Shown: in pieces, positions 29,363 to 38,312 of the stretch
Position numbering within the stretch: position 1 is the stretch's first letter
Layout of the letters: each line of letters begins with the position of its first letter
Assembly (NCBI GenBank): GCA_041489255.1
Contig: JBGPQV010000005.1
Span: 32,001 to 96,000 of the forward strand
Direction of reading: 5' to 3'
From: Thermoplasmata archaeon
Lineage (GTDB): Archaea; Thermoplasmatota; Thermoplasmata; RBG-16-68-12; JAFNFQ01
Length of the DNA stretch: 64,000 bases
Program-made: the position numbers and the translations under genes
Notes under the pieces: model-generated
Databases searched by the model: none
What the model was told of the DNA's origin: nothing
Seen by the model: only the letters and a program-made list of their open reading frames with translations

Positions 29363-30004
29363 ATGGTCGAGTTCAGTCTGGTGCATTCGATAACGACCGA
29401 GATGTGCACGGGATTCCTCACGCTCTCGGCGTTCTGCATCTTGTTGAAGTTGATTGTCGACGGATATCTCAAGAGGTTCCAGGGGAAGTTCAAACGTCTG
29501 GACTGGCTCGCCACGAAATTCTCCCAGTACGCCGATCCTGCATCATACATCGCCATGGGCGGCGGCGTGATCATGGTCCTGGTGTCCGGGACGACCGGCC
29601 TCCTCTCATGGCAGTTTGACAGGCTCGCCCAGTCGGGCCTCGCCCACAACAAAGTGCTCCTCACCGTCGCGTCCGAGGTCATTTTCATCGGCGCTTTCAT
29701 CCTGAGGGCCAGATACTCGTCGAAGCTTTGGGCGGACCGCCTGACCGCCTGGATTTACACGGCGCTGGCGATGGTCGCCTTCCTCTTGCTCGTCCTCCAG
29801 AACTCGGTGGCGGGCCAGATGGCCAAGGGCAAGAGCCTGCTCGACTACTTCTTCCCCTGGCTGAAGGGCATGGAGGCCCAGGCGATTTCGTTCCCCGTCT
29901 GGGGTTCGATTCTGACGATTGTCGGGACCGTCGTGATCGTGCTGGTGGCTTTCATCATCACGAGGCGCAAGGTAGAATCCGCGAGGAAGTACACTCCTGC
30001 ATAG
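29363..30004 (+). CDS. multi-pass membrane protein (possibly DUF2231-like)
   Basis: About 5 TM helices with His residues near helix starts; SD AGGAG. Confidence 0.7.
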   Translation: MVEFSLVHSITTEMCTGFLTLSAFCILLKLIVDGYLKRFQGKFKRLDWLATKFSQYADPASYIAMGGGVIMVLVSGTTGLLSWQFDRLAQSGLAHNKVLLTVASEVIFIGAFILRARYSSKLWADRLTAWIYTALAMVAFLLLVLQNSVAGQMAKGKSLLDYFFPWLKGMEAQAISFPVWGSILTIVGTVVIVLVAFIITRRKVESARKYTPA

Positions 30005-30011
30005 GTGGCAA

Positions 30012-30428
30012 TCAAGGCGGGGGATGGCCAACCGCCACATCCTGCGCGACGAGTATCCAGTAACCGCCGTCACGCTGCAATACGCCTTTGACTATCATCT
30101 CTTTTCCCACTTCGAATGCTTCCGGCAAGGACGTGAATCGCACGGTGGGGTTCGAGACGCCATCGCCGAGCACGAATGTGTTATTCGTGAGATTCAGGGA
30201 CTCGGCAAGCCCCCGGACCTGCACGCTCTTTCCCTCCAAGTCCTGCGGGGCCGCGAGGACCTGGCTCGGGGTGTAGCTCTTCTGAGGCTGGGATCCCCAG
30301 AACACTACGACCACGAGGACGATCACTATGACGACAGCAGCGACGGCGACCCGCTTCGTCCTCCGCGAAACGCGCTTGGGCGCAGGCGGGGGATTCGCCC
30401 TCGCTTCCTCAGCCCGGCTTCCTTCCAC
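30012..30428 (-). CDS. ccmE: cytochrome c maturation heme chaperone CcmE (atypical C-terminus GHPPP)
   Basis: N-terminal TM, OB-fold (GKSVQVRG, LPEAFEVGKEMIVKG), last gene of the ccm cluster. Confidence 0.8.
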   Translation of the reverse strand: MEGSRAEEARANPPPAPKRVSRRTKRVAVAAVVIVIVLVVVVFWGSQPQKSYTPSQVLAAPQDLEGKSVQVRGLAESLNLTNNTFVLGDGVSNPTVRFTSLPEAFEVGKEMIVKGVLQRDGGYWILVAQDVAVGHPPP

Positions 30429-30561
30429 TCCTGACCATCTCCTGGAGCAGCTTGGCGTCGCGCTCCAGCTGACGCTGTCGCATCTGGAGAGACAACAGAT
30501 ACAGGAATAGGCCGATCGCCACCAATGCTAGTGCTCCGAACAGGAACGCTTCCTCGCTCAA
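30409..30561 (-). CDS. ccmD: CcmD-like small membrane protein (50 aa, absent from ORF track)
   Basis: TTG start overlapping the ccmC stop; MSEEAFLFGALALVAIGLFLYLLSLQMRQRQLERDAKLLQEMVRSGRKPG (TM + charged tail); lies between ccmC and ccmE. Confidence 0.8.
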   Translation of the reverse strand: MSEEAFLFGALALVAIGLFLYLLSLQMRQRQLERDAKLLQEMVRSGRKPG

Positions 30562-31247
30562 ATCGATTCCTCCATTTCCTCCTTGATTATTTCAAGTTGC
30601 GCTCTCAGGTTCTCCTGGTAGATGCGGACACGCAGGAGACAGAAGAACAGCAAGGTCAGCGCCACCACGCCCACTAAAAGGGTGATTGCGTTCTCTGGCG
30701 GGAAGAAACCGGGCGTCGTGGGATGCAGACTCGTGGGACTCCTTGAGGATATGTACGACAGTGGGACGAAGACGAAGCTGATGATTCCGAAGACGGCGGA
30801 GACTCTCGCTTTGGCATCTCCCCTCACACCCGCGCGAAGGGCAAGATACGCGACATACGCCATCCACAGGATGAACGTCGTGAAAAGCCTCGCATCCCCC
30901 CATCTCCAGTAATAGTCCTGCTCGGCCTTGCTCCAGAGAGCGCCTGTCAGCAGGGCCAGGGTCGTGAGGAGGACGCCCACTTCAGCAGAGCATGAGGCGA
31001 CGATATCCCACTTCGGCTTTCTGGTCCTCAGATACGCGACGCTCGCGACGAACACGGTGCCGAACGAGAGATAGGCGGTCCAGGCCAGGGGTATGTGAAA
31101 GAAAAAGATCCGGAAGGCGATGGGCGCGTGCCAGCCTGGGGCATCGAATGGCAGCACGATGTAGAACATCGACATGTATGCGAGCAGAAGCATCGTCACG
31201 AGCATGGCGGCGAGGAGCGCGACGTCATGCCTCTTCGTCCAGTCCAT
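30558..31247 (-). CDS. ccmC: heme exporter protein C
   Basis: IFFFHIPLAW, TGALW..., YYWRWGDARL (WWD domain), SLHP. Confidence 0.92.
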   Translation of the reverse strand: MDWTKRHDVALLAAMLVTMLLLAYMSMFYIVLPFDAPGWHAPIAFRIFFFHIPLAWTAYLSFGTVFVASVAYLRTRKPKWDIVASCSAEVGVLLTTLALLTGALWSKAEQDYYWRWGDARLFTTFILWMAYVAYLALRAGVRGDAKARVSAVFGIISFVFVPLSYISSRSPTSLHPTTPGFFPPENAITLLVGVVALTLLFFCLLRVRIYQENLRAQLEIIKEEMEESI

Positions 31248-31937
31248 TCAATCCTCCACGATGTCGTCGAATAGCAGATAAGACAACAGCAGTGCTATCA
31301 CGGTGAAGGCGCCGACGTAGACGACGTTAGAAACAACGGCATCGATATCCCCGGAGAGCAGGCCAGCTGTGGCATTGATCGAAGGCACGATGACTGTGAA
31401 GAGTGCGACGGTTATTAAGAGCATGGGGAGGAGAATGTCTCTGGTCTTCGCGCTGGACGAGAGCGCCGAGACGGTGACGCCGATGCTCGAGTATCCCAGG
31501 GTCCCGAGCAAGGTCACGGCGATCAATGGCCCCCACTGCCCCGAATAGTCGTAGTTGAAGAAGACGGCGAAGAAGATCAAAGTGGAAAGGCTGACAACGA
31601 AGATGAACACCAGGCTGGACGCCAGCTTGCCGAGGTAGAGTGCGAACCGGTTGGTCGGGACCAGCAACAATCCGCCCATCGTGCCGGCGTCGGCCTCCTT
31701 GGCGAAGGCGGGCGCGAGCCCCAGCATCCCGGCGAAGAAGAACGTCACCCAGAGGATCGCCGCCACGATAGACCGACTCTCCTGCACTTGATCCACGTGG
31801 ATATCGAAGAAGCCGAACGCGAATCGGAAGGAAAGGACGACCATCAGCGAGAAGATGACCATGGAAGAGAGGCGCTCTCTCGTCCTCGCCTCCAGGCGAA
31901 AATCCTTCCCCGCAATCGCCAGAGCTTCCCGCATCAT
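31248..31937 (-). CDS. ccmB: heme exporter protein B
   Basis: KDFRLEARTRE, FAKEADAGTM, LYLGK, RDILLPML. Confidence 0.92.
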   Translation of the reverse strand: MMREALAIAGKDFRLEARTRERLSSMVIFSLMVVLSFRFAFGFFDIHVDQVQESRSIVAAILWVTFFFAGMLGLAPAFAKEADAGTMGGLLLVPTNRFALYLGKLASSLVFIFVVSLSTLIFFAVFFNYDYSGQWGPLIAVTLLGTLGYSSIGVTVSALSSSAKTRDILLPMLLITVALFTVIVPSINATAGLLSGDIDAVVSNVVYVGAFTVIALLLSYLLFDDIVED

Positions 31938-32638
31938 TTTGTCGCGCCAACCATCTTCTTGTACTCCTCGACGAAATCCCCTCTGGAGACCGCCGTCTTC
32001 TCTTTGTCGTAGACGAGCGCGCCATCGACCAGAACGAGCAACCTATGTCCGAGGTCGTACCCCAATTCCGGGTCATGGGCGGTCAGCAGGACCGTCGCAC
32101 CGTCGGCAATCGCCTGCGTCAGCAGTGATGAGACCTGCCCCCTCGCCTTGATGTCCAGACCCGAGAAAGGCTCGTCCAGCAGCAGAACCTTCGGACTCCC
32201 TAGCATTGCCCTAGCGATCGAGAGCCTCTGCTTCATGCCGCGGGAGAAGGTCCCGACCCTGTCATTCCTCCGGTGGAGGAGGCCGAATCGGGAGAGCATC
32301 TCGTCGATTACCGACTCCTCCGAGGGAACGCCAAGCAGATGCGAATAGAACGTCAGGTTCTCGGCTGCCGTGAGATCCTCGTACAGGAGGGTCTCGTGGA
32401 GCGCAACGCCCACTAGCTTCCGCACCTCGACGGGATTATCGAGTACGCTGTGTCCCCCGATCACCGCATCGCCACTGCTTGGCCGCGAGAGCGTGCATAT
32501 CAGCCTGAGCAGGGTGCTCTTGCCTGCCCCATTAGGTCCAAGGATCACGCAGAGCTGGCCCGGTTCGACATTCAGGTTCAAACCTCTGAGGGCAGGCTTG
32601 CCGCCGTACCTCTTGCCCAGGTCGCGCAGAACCAGCAT
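31934..32638 (-). CDS. ccmA: heme ABC exporter ATPase
   Basis: GPNGAGKS, FSRGMKQRLSIARA, LDEPFSGLD; upstream of ccmB. Confidence 0.9.
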   Translation of the reverse strand: MLVLRDLGKRYGGKPALRGLNLNVEPGQLCVILGPNGAGKSTLLRLICTLSRPSSGDAVIGGHSVLDNPVEVRKLVGVALHETLLYEDLTAAENLTFYSHLLGVPSEESVIDEMLSRFGLLHRRNDRVGTFSRGMKQRLSIARAMLGSPKVLLLDEPFSGLDIKARGQVSSLLTQAIADGATVLLTAHDPELGYDLGHRLLVLVDGALVYDKEKTAVSRGDFVEEYKKMVGATK

Positions 32639-32664
32639 GGTGCGGTGTGCAACTTTGAGGGCAG

Positions 32665-32678
32665 TATAAAGCCTTTAT
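32665..32678 (-). promoter_or_regulatory. BRE/TATA for a leaderless ccmA transcript, within inverted repeat ATAAAG-C-CTTTAT
   Basis: Minus strand AAAGGCTTTATA about 26 nt before the ccmA ATG. Confidence 0.5.
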
Positions 32679-32685
32679 TCGAAGA

Positions 32686-32931
32686 TCATTGCTCCATCAT
32701 GATGCGCTTGATGATAACATCCCGACCTTCCACGGTCTCAAGCACGAGTTCGGCATCCTTGAAATCCGTGTCGGCAACGAGGAGTTCGTACGCCTGCTTG
32801 AGGCTCTCTGTCGAATAGCCGGAGGAGTTGCCCACGCTGAGCTCGATCAGAGTGACTTTGTTCGCTTCCTTTGCCTTCATCTCGGCAAGCGTCTTCTCGA
32901 TGAGATCTTGGATCAACGCAAACTCGTGCAT
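32686..32931 (-). CDS. hypA: HypA-like nickel metallochaperone lacking the zinc finger
   Basis: N-terminal MHE, ELSVGxxSG..ESL, AEL, GRDVIIKRI; no cysteines. Confidence 0.85.
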   Translation of the reverse strand: MHEFALIQDLIEKTLAEMKAKEANKVTLIELSVGNSSGYSTESLKQAYELLVADTDFKDAELVLETVEGRDVIIKRIMMEQ

Positions 32932-33455
32932 CGACTCGCCTCAGACTTCTCCTCTTGACTTTCGCTTCTTGGCGGTGCTCCTCGGATGGATTCCTGGGTC
33001 GTGCTGTAGCCCCATTGCGCAACGACTTTCATAACTTCTTGGACAAGAGCGGGGATTCCTCGGCGCACCTCTGCACTCACTCCCGCCCCGATAACCTGCG
33101 AGTCGCCTATCTGCATCGCGACGACGACCACGCGGCGGGGGATTGTCATTCCCGCGTGTCTCGCCAGCTCCAGAGCCTCAGGGAGTCCTAGGTAGTGGGC
33201 CGAAGGAACAATCCTGGGACCCATTTCCGACAGACTCAGCTGCACAACCTCTCCGGGTTTATCGCCGATGACGGAGTCCACGACTACGAGGTCGTCGAAT
33301 CCTTCGACTAGGTCGACGAGATACAGGCCGGAGAGAGCGCTCTTTGCGACCTTGGCTCCAGGGATTGACAGCCGCTCGAGAGCGTCTGCCGCCAGCAGGC
33401 CAACCCCATCGTCCCCCAGCAAGTCGTTTCCGAGAGCGAGGATCAGGAGGGACAT
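32913..33455 (-). CDS. hydrogenase maturation protease
   Basis: LGNDLLGDDGVG, VVVDS, SAH; ATG at 33455 overlaps the mvhA end. Confidence 0.9.
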   Translation of the reverse strand: MSLLILALGNDLLGDDGVGLLAADALERLSIPGAKVAKSALSGLYLVDLVEGFDDLVVVDSVIGDKPGEVVQLSLSEMGPRIVPSAHYLGLPEALELARHAGMTIPRRVVVVAMQIGDSQVIGAGVSAEVRRGIPALVQEVMKVVAQWGYSTTQESIRGAPPRSESQEEKSEASRCTSLR

Positions 33456-34933
33456 GTCTCGCTCTGTCTCACGATCTCCTGCAGAAGCTTGCCGCGCAAG
33501 TCGAACACTTGCACCTTCAGTGGCATGCTCCCCGGCATGGAGTGAGTCGCGCAGGCATGGCAAGGGTCGTAGGCGCGGAAGGCCATCTCGATTTTGTTGA
33601 GTATTCCGTCATCGACCACCCCGCCCTTTATTGCGGAGCGAGCCGCCTTGTCCACCGACATCGCAATCCTAGCCGAGTTGTGTTGCGTCGCAACGAGGAG
33701 GTTGGCACTCGTGAGGATTCCTCTCTCATCGCTCTTGTAGTGGTGGATGAGAGTACCACGCGGGGCCTCCGTGACGCCCATGCCCTCGCTTGGCTTCTCC
33801 GTCGGCAAGTTCCTGATGTCGGTCCCTGTTATGTCCGGATCGTTGACCAGCTCCTTGAATCGCTCGGCCGCGTACACAATCTCGATTACCCTGGCCCAGT
33901 GGTTCGCCAGCGTGTGATGCACAGGCTTGGTGCCCAAGGTCTTGAAGAACTTCTCGTAGAGCTTCTGGGCATTCGGTGTCGCCATGCCGTCCGAGGCATT
34001 AAGTCTGGCTAGGGGTGCGACGCTGTAGATCCCGCTCTCGGGACCGTCAACGAAGCCGTGCCATCCCAGTCTCTTCAGGTACGGGAATTTGACGTACGTC
34101 CATGGCTCCGAATGCTCTGCAATGTGGCTCAGATAGTCCTGTACCCGGAATTTCTCAGTTTCCTTGCCGGACGGATCAACAACCCTGATCATTCCGTCGT
34201 AGAAGTTCACGTGGTTGTTCTTGTCCATGAGGCCCATGTAGCTGGTCTTATGAGTGTAGGCGTCGGAGACGATCATGTTCACGTAGTCCTTGTTGCTCAA
34301 CACCAGATCCTCGAGGACCTTCTCGCAAAAGAGAGCGAACTCCACGCCTCGGTCCGCCACTTTCGCGTATCGATCCCTGGCCTCCTCCGTCACGCCCTTC
34401 GCGACGCCGCCAGGCAGGCCAAATACCGGATGGATGACTTTGCCGCCCAACTCCTGGATGATGTTCCTCAGATCCTTCCTCATGAAAATGACCTTCTTCC
34501 CAACTTCCAGGCCAACCTTCTGAAGGACGCCGAGGATGTTTCTGTCCCCCTTGGGGGCAGTCGGGCCCACTATGAAGTCCGGCCCGCCGAGGAAGAACAG
34601 ATGCAGCGAGTGGTCCTCCAGTATGAAGACGCTGTAGAGCATCTCCCTGATCTTCTTGGCGGTCTTTGTGGGCTCGACCTTGAACAAGTCGTCCAGGGCC
34701 TTCGTAGCCGCCATGTGGTGGGCGGTTGGGCATACCCCGCATATCCTAGACGTAATCTGCGGAGCATCCTCAGCTTGGCGTCCAACCAGGAAGTTCTCGA
34801 AACCCCTCAGTTCGGGAATCTGGAAATAGGCCCTCGACACATCGCCACGGTCGTCCAGGAAAATGACGATCCTGCCGTGCCCTTCCAGTCTCGTTATGGG
34901 GTTTACGACTATTTGTTTGGTTGCACCGGTCAT
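33443..34933 (-). CDS. mvhA: group 3c [NiFe] hydrogenase large subunit
   Basis: TRLEGHG, ELRGFE, RICGVC (L1), RAYDPCHACATH (L2) + cleavable tail. Confidence 0.95.
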   Translation of the reverse strand: MTGATKQIVVNPITRLEGHGRIVIFLDDRGDVSRAYFQIPELRGFENFLVGRQAEDAPQITSRICGVCPTAHHMAATKALDDLFKVEPTKTAKKIREMLYSVFILEDHSLHLFFLGGPDFIVGPTAPKGDRNILGVLQKVGLEVGKKVIFMRKDLRNIIQELGGKVIHPVFGLPGGVAKGVTEEARDRYAKVADRGVEFALFCEKVLEDLVLSNKDYVNMIVSDAYTHKTSYMGLMDKNNHVNFYDGMIRVVDPSGKETEKFRVQDYLSHIAEHSEPWTYVKFPYLKRLGWHGFVDGPESGIYSVAPLARLNASDGMATPNAQKLYEKFFKTLGTKPVHHTLANHWARVIEIVYAAERFKELVNDPDITGTDIRNLPTEKPSEGMGVTEAPRGTLIHHYKSDERGILTSANLLVATQHNSARIAMSVDKAARSAIKGGVVDDGILNKIEMAFRAYDPCHACATHSMPGSMPLKVQVFDLRGKLLQEIVRQSETCPS

Positions 34934-35907
34934 TCTCGTTTCACCTCCAAGGTCCTTCTCATGAAAGAGGTTGGGAGTGAGTACCTGTAGAAGAGACCAA
35001 CAGGGTCGGGGACCTTCTCCAAGACCTTGGCGATGTCCTTCTCCTCGTTGAAGTCCACAATCGACGAGAGGAAAGCGACTCCCTTGGCCCCGTAGTCCTT
35101 GACCTCGTCAGTCGGACCGAAGCAGCCAGTGCAGGGCATGTTCCCGCCAATGCAGAGGGCCTCGCAGCCGCCACGGGTGACGGGCCCCAGGCACAGCACT
35201 CCCTGCGCCAGGAGGCACTTCTTCGGGTCAACCTGCACTTCGTGGACCCTCTTCAACTCCTTCAAGAGGAGCTTCTCTGGCTTGGACTCGTTGAGGTTGC
35301 ACTCGTGGCACAACGCCCGCGTCCCAGCCAGCACGGATCCGGGTGGCGGAAGCTTCCCGCTGAGCAGCGCCTGGACGGCATTCGCGAGGAGCTTCGGAGT
35401 CGGAGGGCATCCCGGGAGGTAGTAGTCCACCTTGATCACTTGATCGAGGGACTTGACCGTGTCCCAGAAAGACGGCAGCTCCAACATCCCCTCGGGCACC
35501 TCGACCTTCATTAGAGGCTCGCTGCCGTTCTGCCCTTGGACGGTGGGGCCCTTGTGGTAGTAGTAATCGAAGATTGAGTCTTTATCCCACAGGTTCGCCA
35601 GGCCGGGGATGCCACCCATGTGGGAGCAACTCCCGAAGGCTATGACGACCTGAGACTTCTTCCGGAGGAGCTTGGCCATCTCTTCCTGTTCGGAGAGCCT
35701 GACGGCACCGTTGATGAAGCTCACCGTTATGCTCCCGTCCTTCATGGCTTCCACGTCTTCCACCTTGAAGTCCAAGGCCACCGGCCAAAACACGATGTCC
35801 ACTGCGGCGACAACGTCCAGCACGGCCTCGGCGAGGTCAACAACCGCCTCCTCGCAGCCTCCGCAGGATGCGCACCAATAGAAAGCCACCTTCGGTTTCT
35901 TCGCCAT
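34930..35907 (-). CDS. mvhG: group 3c hydrogenase small subunit
   Basis: CASCGGC, FGSC, PGCPP, CHEC, CLLAQGVLCLGPVTRGGC...PCTGC. Confidence 0.93.
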   Translation of the reverse strand: MAKKPKVAFYWCASCGGCEEAVVDLAEAVLDVVAAVDIVFWPVALDFKVEDVEAMKDGSITVSFINGAVRLSEQEEMAKLLRKKSQVVIAFGSCSHMGGIPGLANLWDKDSIFDYYYHKGPTVQGQNGSEPLMKVEVPEGMLELPSFWDTVKSLDQVIKVDYYLPGCPPTPKLLANAVQALLSGKLPPPGSVLAGTRALCHECNLNESKPEKLLLKELKRVHEVQVDPKKCLLAQGVLCLGPVTRGGCEALCIGGNMPCTGCFGPTDEVKDYGAKGVAFLSSIVDFNEEKDIAKVLEKVPDPVGLFYRYSLPTSFMRRTLEVKRE

Positions 35908-36330
35908 CTACTTGCCCCCGTTCTCTTTGACAGGTCCCAGTTTCCTTACATGCTCTGTCATTTCCTCTACCGCTCGTCTGAACTTCTCCGGCTCCGATGC
36001 AGAAATCCACTCCAGGCGGAGCCGCTCATCCTCGAAGCCTAGCTGCGAAAGCATCTTCTTCAGGAGGAGGTACCGCCTGAGGGTCTTGTAGTTGCCCTCA
36101 TTGTAGTGGCAATCCCTTGGATGGCAACCACAGATCATCACGCCGTCGGCCCCTTTCTCGAACGCGGACATGACGAACTGGGGATCCACCCGCCCGGAAC
36201 ACATCAGCCTGATGAGCCGGACATTGGGTGAGTACCTGGCCCGGGCCGTCCCGGCAGCGTCAGCGGCAATGTAGGTACACCAGTTGCACACGAAGGCCAC
36301 AATCCTCGGCTCGAACCGCTCTGACGTCAT
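35908..36330 (-). CDS. mvhD: [2Fe-2S] adaptor subunit
   Basis: CNWCTY, MCSGRVDP, GCHPRDCHY, WISASE. Confidence 0.95.
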   Translation of the reverse strand: MTSERFEPRIVAFVCNWCTYIAADAAGTARARYSPNVRLIRLMCSGRVDPQFVMSAFEKGADGVMICGCHPRDCHYNEGNYKTLRRYLLLKKMLSQLGFEDERLRLEWISASEPEKFRRAVEEMTEHVRKLGPVKENGGK

Positions 36331-38312
36331 ATTGTCAACACCCCCGAGATCTCGGCCATGATCTGGTCATACTCGAACAGCTTCTGACGCGCCGCTCCGC
36401 TCGGGCAGGCCGCGACACACACGCCACAGCCCTTGCAGAGGACGTCGTTGATGACCGCCACCTTTTTCTCCTTGACCAAGGCGATTGCCGTGTATGGGCA
36501 AAGCGCGATGCAGACTTGACAGCCCGAGCACAGCTCCTCCTCGATGTAGGCGAGGTTGGGCTCCAGAGTGAGGAAGCCCTTGGAAGTTAAGGATATGGCC
36601 CCTGCTGCGGCTGCCTCGCCTTGGGCCACCGACTCCGGGATGTCCTTCGGGCCCTGACAGGTGCCTGCTATGTAGATTCCCTCGGTGATCGTGGCGACTG
36701 GCGCAAGCTTTGGGTGCTTCTCCATGAAAAAGCCTTCGCTGCTGCACGCCATGTTCAGCAGGCGCCGGACATCCTCCTTGTCCGGCTGGGGCTCCAGTCC
36801 CACACTGAGTATCACCATGTCCACAGGAATGCGCCTAATCGTCCCCAACAAGGTGTCCTCCGCGACGATTACTAGCTTCTCCCCTTCCTCCGTCGACTCG
36901 GCAACTTCAGTCACCTCTGCCACCTTGCCGCGTATGAAGTTGACACCCTCTCCAAGAAGTCGCTGATAGAACTCCTCGTATGATTTGCCAGGAGTGCGTA
37001 TGTCAATGTAGAAGTTGTAGACATCCGCACCCGTTCTTTCCTTCACAAGATGAGCCATCTTCAGAGAGTACATGCAGCACACCTTGGAACAGTACGTGTT
37101 GTAGTTCTCGTCCCTGGAGCCGACGCAGTGGATGATGCCAACGGCCTTGGGCTTCCGTCCGTTCCGATTGACAACTTCACCACCCGTGGGTCCGCTTGGG
37201 GAAAACATCCTCTCCATCTCCAGAGCATTGTACACCTCAGGGTACTTCCCATAGCCGTAGTTGCTCATCTTTGAGGCATCGAATATCTTATGGCCGGTTG
37301 CGACGATGATTGTTCCCACATCTAACTCCACTATCTGCTCCTTCTGATCGAAGTCGATTGCGTTCCTGTCTCCGCAGGCTGCCACACAGGTCTTCTTGCA
37401 GTTGTGCGTCTTGAACTCGATGCAAGTGTTTGGATCGATAGTGGCTACCTGAGGGATTGCCTGAGGGAACGGGATGTAGATGGGCTTCCTCTTCCCTAGG
37501 CCCAAGTCGAACTCGCTTGGGAACCTGGCTTCCTTGTAGACGCAATTCTCGATGCACTCATAGCAGCCAACGCATTTCTCTTCGTCGACGTACCTGGGCC
37601 TGCGTCTGACAGTAACCTTGAAGTTGCCAACATATCCGTCGACCTTAGTCACGTCGGAATAGGAGAGCAGCTTGATGTTGTGGCGGTTCTTCACTGTGGT
37701 CATTTTCGGAGTGAGGATGCAGGCCGAGCAGTCCAGAGTCGGGAAGGTCTTGTCGAACTTCGCCATGTGACCTCCTATTGATGGCTCTTTCTCCACCAGA
37801 TAGACCTGTTTGCCTGCATCTGATGCCGTGAGCGCAGCTTGGATGCCAGCAATGCCCCCGCCAATGATCAGAATCTCGTCTCTGACTGGAACTTTGCGAC
37901 GCTCCAGCGGGGTATGGTGGACAATCCTCGCCACGCCAGCGGCCACCAGCGCCTTCGCTTTCTCGGTCGCTTCGTGCTTGTCGCTTGTCACCCACGATGC
38001 TTGCTCGCGAATGTTCACCATATGGGAAAGGAAGGGATTGCCTCCAGCTTCTTCCACAGCGGTGCGGAACGTGGCCTCGTGGAGATGCGGCGAACAAGAA
38101 GCCACCACGATCCGATTCAGGCCAAGTTCGCGGACATCTTTCTTGATCATATCCTGGCCCGGGCTGGAACACATATACTTGTACTCTCTAGCCACCGCAA
38201 CTCCCCTGAGTCCTTTCGCGAACTCGACCACTTCTGGGACGTTGACGACGCCAGCTATGTTCGTACCACAATCACAGACGTAGACACCTATCTTGATTTC
38301 CTGCTCTGTCAT
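36327..38312 (-). CDS. hdrA: heterodisulfide reductase subunit A (FAD, Fe-S)
   Basis: IGVYVCDCGTNI, GGGIAG, DKTFPTLDC, HCVGSRD, CSKVCC, GPKDIP, ferredoxin motifs; ATG at 38312. Confidence 0.96.
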   Translation of the reverse strand: MTEQEIKIGVYVCDCGTNIAGVVNVPEVVEFAKGLRGVAVAREYKYMCSSPGQDMIKKDVRELGLNRIVVASCSPHLHEATFRTAVEEAGGNPFLSHMVNIREQASWVTSDKHEATEKAKALVAAGVARIVHHTPLERRKVPVRDEILIIGGGIAGIQAALTASDAGKQVYLVEKEPSIGGHMAKFDKTFPTLDCSACILTPKMTTVKNRHNIKLLSYSDVTKVDGYVGNFKVTVRRRPRYVDEEKCVGCYECIENCVYKEARFPSEFDLGLGKRKPIYIPFPQAIPQVATIDPNTCIEFKTHNCKKTCVAACGDRNAIDFDQKEQIVELDVGTIIVATGHKIFDASKMSNYGYGKYPEVYNALEMERMFSPSGPTGGEVVNRNGRKPKAVGIIHCVGSRDENYNTYCSKVCCMYSLKMAHLVKERTGADVYNFYIDIRTPGKSYEEFYQRLLGEGVNFIRGKVAEVTEVAESTEEGEKLVIVAEDTLLGTIRRIPVDMVILSVGLEPQPDKEDVRRLLNMACSSEGFFMEKHPKLAPVATITEGIYIAGTCQGPKDIPESVAQGEAAAAGAISLTSKGFLTLEPNLAYIEEELCSGCQVCIALCPYTAIALVKEKKVAVINDVLCKGCGVCVAACPSGAARQKLFEYDQIMAEISGVLTI

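Noticed and set aside
33443-38312. Selenocysteine in MvhA/MvhD/HdrA
   Set aside because: All ligand positions are Cys codons in uninterrupted ORFs
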